Below are positions 58,578-64,000 of a DNA stretch of 64,000 bases, one piece after another. The notes under the pieces are model-generated. The model ran no database searches, was not told where the DNA came from, and saw only the letters and a list, made by a program, of their open reading frames with translations. Both the position numbers and the translations under genes were made by a program. This DNA is from Candidatus Bipolaricaulis sp. (GTDB lineage Bacteria > Bipolaricaulota > Bipolaricaulia > UBA7950 > UBA9294), in the NCBI GenBank assembly GCA_028713635.1, contig JAQTNX010000001.1, forward strand, positions 2,281 through 66,280. The letters are read 5' to 3'. Each line of letters begins with the position of its first letter. The stretch's first letter is position 1.

Positions 58578-59335
58578 GGGACCTCCGAGCAGGCGAACAG
58601 CGGGCCCTCGCGGCACACCCGCTGCATGCCGGAGCGCGTTTCGACGCTGCACCCCTGACAGGCTCCGAATCCGCATCCGATGCGCGTTTCGAGTGAGACG
58701 TACGTGTCTGGCTCCGCCGCGTAGCGTTGTGCAATGCCGCGAAGCATCGGCTCCGGGCCGCACGCGAGAATCCCAAGTCCGTGCTTCCAGCGCTTCCGAA
58801 GGCGGTCGTCCGCCGTCTCGCCGCCCTCCTCTTCGACCGCGATGTCGACTCCCGGCAGGAGGTCGCGCACGCCGCGTTCTCGAACCCCGAAGGCGACGTC
58901 CTCCGTCAGCTCCGGGTAGGCGGCCGCGAAGTGGAGGAGCGGCGCGATCCCGCTTCCTCCCCCTGCGAGAACATAGCGACAGTCGCGGCCGATGCGGGTC
59001 TCGTACGGAGTGCCGTACGGTCCCCGCACGACCACCTCCGTGCCCATGGCTGCACGTCCCAGGGCCTCGCGCAGGGCTCCGTCCAACTTCAGAAGGAACT
59101 CAAGGCGTCCCGCCTCCGCCGCCAAGACGGAGAAGGCGCGCGGCAGCGCCGGGCCCTCCCGTAGGCGAAGGAGCACGAATTGCCCGGGACGAGGCGCGAC
59201 GAAGCTGTGGTCGACGCCGATCGTCGCGCGCGCGTATCCTCCGGCGACGGCGCTCGACTCCAACCGCCCGCTCGAAGCAGAAAAAAACGGCCCTTGGTGG
59301 GCCGCTGTCAGTCCTTCCGACGAGTCTCGCTTCAC
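58565..59335 (-). CDS. pyrK: Dihydroorotate dehydrogenase electron-transfer subunit
   Basis: FAD/NAD-binding PGQFV, GGSGIAP and a C-terminal 2Fe-2S CGFGACQGC cluster. Start uncertain: GTG 59335 (RBS gagggggg) or TTG 59263, see findings. Confidence 0.75.
   Translation of the reverse strand: MKRDSSEGLTAAHQGPFFSASSGRLESSAVAGGYARATIGVDHSFVAPRPGQFVLLRLREGPALPRAFSVLAAEAGRLEFLLKLDGALREALGRAAMGTEVVVRGPYGTPYETRIGRDCRYVLAGGGSGIAPLLHFAAAYPELTEDVAFGVRERGVRDLLPGVDIAVEEEGGETADDRLRKRWKHGLGILACGPEPMLRGIAQRYAAEPDTYVSLETRIGCGFGACQGCSVETRSGMQRVCREGPLFACSEVPWLR
59279..59305 (-). terminator. Intrinsic-terminator-like hairpin plus U7 (cggcccaccaagggccg-ttttttt) on the minus strand, inside the 5' region of the pyrK ORF
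   Basis: Minus-strand stem 59304-59288, U-tract 59287-59281. Confidence 0.35.
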
Positions 59336-59471
59336 CCGAACCCCCCTCAAGGTCTTCGGGAGAAGATCCTACACGAGGGCGGCGCGTCGGCGCAACGCCT
59401 GGGCAACCCCGGCGAGCGGACAACCCGCAAGCCGCCCTGCCTCCTCGATCTCGAGGGCGCGCAGGCTTGTC

Positions 59472-59600
59472 TCAGTCTCTGTCACGGCGTTCGCCGAAGT
59501 ACATCGCGGCGCCGATGACCCCGAGGAACAGCCCGCCGATCGAGGCGAAGTACGTGATGAAACTGAGCCACAACGGCGATGGGATGGCGTGCATCACCAT
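59472..59600 (-). CDS. Possible small membrane protein (42 aa) downstream of oppF
   Basis: Hydrophobic MVMHAIPSPLWLSFITYFASIGGLFLGVIGAAMYF; no clear RBS. Confidence 0.2.
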   Translation of the reverse strand: MVMHAIPSPLWLSFITYFASIGGLFLGVIGAAMYFGERRDRD

Positions 59601-59668
59601 CGCAAACGCCAGACCGCAAGCGGTCAGAAGAAGCGCGAGCGCGATCGCGAAGACCCTACGCGACCCCT

Positions 59669-60664
59669 TCAGCCTTCGCCTCCTTGACGGTAGAGCCAGC
59701 ACTCCACGCGGTGTCCGGGTGCGGGCTCGAAGGTCGTCGGTTCCGTCGTACTGCACAGCTCCGCGATCCGGTGCTTGCAGCGGGGATGGAATCGGCATCC
59801 GGACGGGGGATGGGCGAGGCTCGGAGGCTCGCCGGGCGGAACCTCCTTCTGGATGTGAGCGTTCTCGGGGTCCGGGTCGGAGATGGCGGTGAGCAGCGCC
59901 TGCGTGTAGGGATGGAGCGGATGGCGGATGAGCTCGTGAACCGGCGCCCTCTCCACGATCTTCGCCGCGTACATCACGAAGACGTACTCCGAGAAGTAGC
60001 GCACCGTCGACAGGTCGTGGGTGATGTACATCACGCCCAGGTCGTGGCTCTTCTGGATGCGTCGCAGAAGCTGGAGGATCTCGACGCGCACCGACGCGTC
60101 CAGCATCGAGACCGGCTCGTCCGCCACGACGAGCTTCGGCTCGAGGACGATGGCTCGAGCGATGACCAGACGCTGCTGCTGCCCGCCGCTCAGCATGTGA
60201 GGGTACTTGTGGACGAAGTCGTCCTGTGGGGTGAGGCGGACCTCGTCCATCACGGCGCGAGCGCGGGCTTCCTGCTCGCGCCGGGGAACTCCGTGGACGG
60301 CCAGGGGCTCGCTGAGGATGCGCTCCACCGTCATGAACGGAGGAAGCGCTCCATACGGGTCCTGCTGGACGAATCCGACGTTGGCGCGCAGCCAGGCGAG
60401 GGCCTTTCCCTTCTTCTTCCCGTCGAGCCGCTCGCCGGCGAAGACCATCTCGCCCTTCGTGGGCGGGACGAGTCCGAGCAGCGTCTTGGCCAACGTCGTC
60501 TTCCCCGAGCCGCTCTCCCCTACGATCGTGATCGCGTCGCCCCGACGGAGGTCGAAGGTCACGCCGTCGAGCGCCCGGACGTGTCCTGTGCGGAAGAACC
60601 CCCACTTCCGGAGCTCATACCAGGTATGAAGATCTCGAACCGATAGCAGCGCTTGTTCCGTCAT
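59669..60664 (-). CDS. oppF: Oligopeptide/dipeptide ABC transporter ATP-binding protein (OppF/DppF)
   Basis: Walker A GESGSGKTT and LSGGQQQR; C-terminal oligopeptide-type Cys cluster. Confidence 0.9.
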   Translation of the reverse strand: MTEQALLSVRDLHTWYELRKWGFFRTGHVRALDGVTFDLRRGDAITIVGESGSGKTTLAKTLLGLVPPTKGEMVFAGERLDGKKKGKALAWLRANVGFVQQDPYGALPPFMTVERILSEPLAVHGVPRREQEARARAVMDEVRLTPQDDFVHKYPHMLSGGQQQRLVIARAIVLEPKLVVADEPVSMLDASVRVEILQLLRRIQKSHDLGVMYITHDLSTVRYFSEYVFVMYAAKIVERAPVHELIRHPLHPYTQALLTAISDPDPENAHIQKEVPPGEPPSLAHPPSGCRFHPRCKHRIAELCSTTEPTTFEPAPGHRVECWLYRQGGEG

Positions 60665-60674
60665 CGCCCCCGCC

Positions 60675-61640
60675 TCACACGTGCAGCCAGCACTTGACCC
60701 ACCAGTCCTCTCCGACGTCGCGGAACGGCGGCTCCTCGACGCACTTCCCAAACCGCGACGAGCAGCGGTCCGCGAACCGGCACCCCGTCGGAGGATCGAG
60801 GAGACTCGGCGGCCGACCTGGGATGAACTCCAGCTTCTTGTCCTCGCGCAGCGTGGGCACGCTGGCCATGAGCTTCTGCGAGTAGGGGTGCAGGGGCTCG
60901 CGGAAGAAGTGGTGCGCACTCGAGAACTCAACGAGCTGCCCTGCGTACATGACCGCCGCGCGGTCCGCCAATTCGCTCGACGTGGCGATGTCGTGCGTGA
61001 TCAGAACGAACGTGACCCCTAGGTCGCGCTTGATTCCCTTCAGAACGTTCATGATGCTCGTCTGGGTCAGGACGTCGAGGGCGCTCGTCGGCTCATCGAG
61101 GAACACGAGGTCGGGGTGCGTGATGAGGGCCATCGCCAGGACGGCCCGCTGCCGCATCCCCCCCGACAGCTCGAACGGGAATCGCTCCAGGAAGTCGGCC
61201 GATACGCCGACAAGCCGGAACACCTCCTCGGCCTGACGTAGCGCTTCCTTCTTGTTCGTGGACACCCCGTGGACGCGGAGAGGCTCCGACACCTGATCCC
61301 CGACCCGAATGACCGGGTTCAGCGAGTTCATCGCCGCTTGCGAGACGAGGGCCATCTTCACCCATCGAACCTGGCGACGGAACCGCTCTTCGTTGAGGGT
61401 CATGATGTTGGTTCCGTTGAGCCAGACGTTGCCGGTGTATGCCGACACGTTCCGTGGCAAGAGGCGGAGGATCGCCCGTGCGAGCGTGCTCTTCCCGCAT
61501 CCGGACTCGCCGACCACCACGGTGGCGGGCCCGCGGTCCAGCGCGAAGCTGACCCCGTCGACGGCTTGGACCGGCCCCCGCCACGTCCGGAAGTGGAGCT
61601 TCAGGTCCTCGACGCGCAGCAATCTGTCCGTGGTTCCCAT
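60675..61640 (-). CDS. oppD: Oligopeptide/dipeptide ABC transporter ATP-binding protein (OppD/DppD)
   Basis: Walker A GESGCGKST and LSGGMRQR. Confidence 0.9.
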   Translation of the reverse strand: MGTTDRLLRVEDLKLHFRTWRGPVQAVDGVSFALDRGPATVVVGESGCGKSTLARAILRLLPRNVSAYTGNVWLNGTNIMTLNEERFRRQVRWVKMALVSQAAMNSLNPVIRVGDQVSEPLRVHGVSTNKKEALRQAEEVFRLVGVSADFLERFPFELSGGMRQRAVLAMALITHPDLVFLDEPTSALDVLTQTSIMNVLKGIKRDLGVTFVLITHDIATSSELADRAAVMYAGQLVEFSSAHHFFREPLHPYSQKLMASVPTLREDKKLEFIPGRPPSLLDPPTGCRFADRCSSRFGKCVEEPPFRDVGEDWWVKCWLHV

Positions 61641-61641
61641 G

Positions 61642-62997
61642 TCACATCGTCCTCAGTCTCGGATTGAAGATTCGGTCCAGGGCGAATCCGACGAGGGCGA
61701 ACCCGAATCCCGTGACCATCAGCAGAATCGCCGGCTCCAGCACCCAGTAGTAGTACCCCTTGTATAGCGCATCCGCGGCGCGCGCGTCGTAGATGAGCTT
61801 TCCCCAGGTCGGGAGGATCGGATCTCCGAGGCCGAGGACCGCGAGCGACGCCTCAAGGAACACGAACTGCGGCACGACCAACACGAACGTCGGGAGGAGC
61901 ACCGGCACGATCCTCGGGAGCAAGTACCGGAAGATCATCCTGCGGTGCCTCGCCCCGTACGCTCTGGCCGCCTCGATGTAGGGCGCTTCCTTGGCCTGGA
62001 GGAACATCGCGCGGTACGTGAGGTAGGCGCCGCTGAAGACGTTGAGCAGGATGACGACCGCCAGGATCAGCCAGATGCTGCGGCCGTAGAGCTGGCCGAC
62101 CATGATCAGGATCGGCAAGAGCGGCAAGAGCAGGGTGAGCTGCGTCAGCCGCTGGAACGCCGAGTCCATGAAGCCGCCGAACCACGTCCCGATCCCCGCG
62201 AGGACGAAGGTCGCCGTGTTGGCTCCAAGCGCCGCGAGAAGGCCGAACAGGAGCGCGAGGGGAGCTCCCCAGAGGAGCGCCACGGTGATGTCGCGGCGCT
62301 GGTTGTCCGTCCCGGCGATCCCGTAGACGCTTCCGTAGACGACGAGCTTCGACTCGAGCGTGTACGCCTCGGGCATGTCGGCCTCGAGGACGAGTTCATA
62401 CGTCCCCGGCTGCGTTTTCCACTCTCCCTTGGGCGACGACGCGCCGAATTCGCCGAACAGCGCGACCTCGGGCGCCGCCATCTGAGGCAGCCGGTCGCGG
62501 AGCTGGTTGTCGAGGGAGATGTAGTAGGTGTCGCTCGAGCGGATGCTGCGCCCCGAGGCGAGAGCCACCCGCGTGCCATCCGGCTTCACCCAGGTGGCCG
62601 TGAGCTTCGACCGCTTCGTCTCGTACGTCGCCGTCGAGAAGAGCGACATCTCGGTGGGGAACGTGTCGTAGCGGAAGTCCAGCGCCAAGATGAGACGCTC
62701 CCGAACGTTTCCATCCCCGAGCGGCTCGCGCGTCCGCGTCCCCTCGGTTCGCGAGTCGACGACGATCGTCCGCGAAAGGCTCTTCCCGGTGAACAGGTCG
62801 AACCACGCCGGCGAGGCGTTGCGGGGCAGTTCGTCCCACACTCCCGGCCCGCCGCGCCAGAGGCGGATCGCCTCGCTGTACGGGATGGCGATCACGGCAT
62901 AGATCGAGAGGACGATGAGGAGCCCGATGATCGTGAGGCCCAGGATCGCCGACGGATAGCGGCGGAGCTCTCTCAGGTTGCGAAGGAGCGTGTTCAT
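61642..62997 (-). CDS. oppC: Oligopeptide ABC permease (OppC/DppC) with long N-terminal extracytoplasmic region
   Basis: BPD_transp_1 core with an about 230-aa N-terminal extension after the first TM. Confidence 0.85.
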   Translation of the reverse strand: MNTLLRNLRELRRYPSAILGLTIIGLLIVLSIYAVIAIPYSEAIRLWRGGPGVWDELPRNASPAWFDLFTGKSLSRTIVVDSRTEGTRTREPLGDGNVRERLILALDFRYDTFPTEMSLFSTATYETKRSKLTATWVKPDGTRVALASGRSIRSSDTYYISLDNQLRDRLPQMAAPEVALFGEFGASSPKGEWKTQPGTYELVLEADMPEAYTLESKLVVYGSVYGIAGTDNQRRDITVALLWGAPLALLFGLLAALGANTATFVLAGIGTWFGGFMDSAFQRLTQLTLLLPLLPILIMVGQLYGRSIWLILAVVILLNVFSGAYLTYRAMFLQAKEAPYIEAARAYGARHRRMIFRYLLPRIVPVLLPTFVLVVPQFVFLEASLAVLGLGDPILPTWGKLIYDARAADALYKGYYYWVLEPAILLMVTGFGFALVGFALDRIFNPRLRTM

Positions 62998-63001
62998 GTC
63001 G

Positions 63002-64000
63002 CTACACCTTCCCGCCGCCGACCCGGACGCGCGGATCGACCAGAGCGTAGATGAACTCGAGGAGAAGCAGCGTTCCCGCCAGCAGGTAGCCGTAGATGAC
63101 GAGGGTGCCGAGGATGACCGGCGTGTCGTTCAGGTTGACGGCCGCCAAGTACTGACGGCCGAGGCCCGGCCAGTTGAACACCGTCTCGAGGATGATCTGC
63201 CCCTGCCACGTGCCGATGAGGATGAGCATCAAGCTCGTAATGATCGTTGGCAGGGTCGGCCGCATGATGTACCGCCTCTGGATCCCGCGCGCCGAAAGCC
63301 CCTTGGCCTTTGCAAGCTCGACGTAATCCTCGCTCGAGTAGATGAGGAAGAACGTCCGCCAGCGGTATACGTTGGCGAACAGGGCGCCGATCGTGATCGC
63401 GAGCACGGGAAGGATCATGTGTTCGAGCAGGCTCAGCGCGTAGGCTGGGGCGGTGTCCGGGGGCGGAACCTGGACGAGGCCGCCCCATGGGAGCACCCTA
63501 AGGACGGCCGCGAAAATGAGGATCAGGAAGATGCCGTAGAACCAGCCCGGCGCCGACGACAGCGGCGCCAGGCCGACCATCGTCCGGTCGACGAGGCTGC
63601 CATATCGGCGGGACAAGAACAGGGCGAACTGGATGGCGAGGAAGAACAGGAGCAGGTTCGACGTTCCGAACAGGACCAACGTCGCCGGCAGCCGTTCGCT
63701 CAGAATCCGCGCGACCGAGCGGGAGCCGGTGTCGCTCGTCAGCTGCTCCGCGGTGCCCAGTTTCAACGAAAGGGCCGTGAACAGGTACTCGAGGCTCCGC
63801 CACGGGAAGAACGGCCGATCGAGGCCGAGCCGCTCGTACTCCAACTCCGCAAGCTCGTCGACCATGACCTTGAGGGCGTCGGCCGGGATTCCACGGTTCG
63901 ACGGATCGAGAAAGATCGCCGAGGCGACGTTGGACCGGATCTCGGCCCGCCGCACGTCGTCCAGCTTTCCCCCCATGTTCATGATGATGACGATCAGGTA
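63002..64000 (-). CDS. oppB: Oligopeptide ABC permease (OppB/DppB), 5' end beyond window
   Basis: ORF remains open to the window edge; permease EAA region present. Confidence 0.85.
   Translation of the reverse strand, partial: YLIVIIMNMGGKLDDVRRAEIRSNVASAIFLDPSNRGIPADALKVMVDELAELEYERLGLDRPFFPWRSLEYLFTALSLKLGTAEQLTSDTGSRSVARILSERLPATLVLFGTSNLLLFFLAIQFALFLSRRYGSLVDRTMVGLAPLSSAPGWFYGIFLILIFAAVLRVLPWGGLVQVPPPDTAPAYALSLLEHMILPVLAITIGALFANVYRWRTFFLIYSSEDYVELAKAKGLSARGIQRRYIMRPTLPTIITSLMLILIGTWQGQIILETVFNWPGLGRQYLAAVNLNDTPVILGTLVIYGYLLAGTLLLLEFIYALVDPRVRVGGGKV

Overview
This is a high-GC (about 68-70%) bacterial chromosomal segment. Genes are densely packed, use strong GGAGG-type ribosome-binding sites, and often overlap by ATGA or GTGA at start and stop codons.

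Housekeeping backbone, all recognised from conserved motifs: orn, lepB, lspA-tmk-dnaN-like, alaS, eno-ftsB-dnaE-yvcK, a thpR-archease-rtcB RNA-repair operon, cysK, and a pyrK-pyrD-pyrF-pyrE-(unknown)-dcd pyrimidine operon. There are two ABC importers: a polar amino-acid system and the distal part of an opp/dpp oligopeptide system that runs off the window end.

Accessory content:
- A roughly 5 kb low-GC island (about 18.3-23.3 kb) with two diverged IS1595-family copies in direct orientation bracketing small hypothetical ORFs.
- A GntR-ABC-ABC2-small TM-CPBP protease-DUF4097 envelope module. Its promoter appears to be a hybrid created by the right-hand IS end.
- A tandem pair of paralogous secreted proteins of unknown function, the second copy decayed by several frameshifts.
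- An esterase lipoprotein remnant with an in-frame amber codon.
- A 24-bp tandem repeat (about 4.5 copies) in a divergent promoter region.

The most striking gene is a 1440-aa secreted protein at 49802-54124: signal peptide, right-handed beta-helix repeats, four PKD domains, and an embedded caspase-like (peptidase C14) domain with an intact His/Cys dyad. A PDZ-domain protein is encoded convergently and overlaps its 3' end.

I found no rRNA, tRNA or CRISPR array. Many long Arg/Pro-rich ORFs in the six-frame track are GC-driven antisense artefacts and are not annotated.

All calls come from reading the translations. No database search was run.
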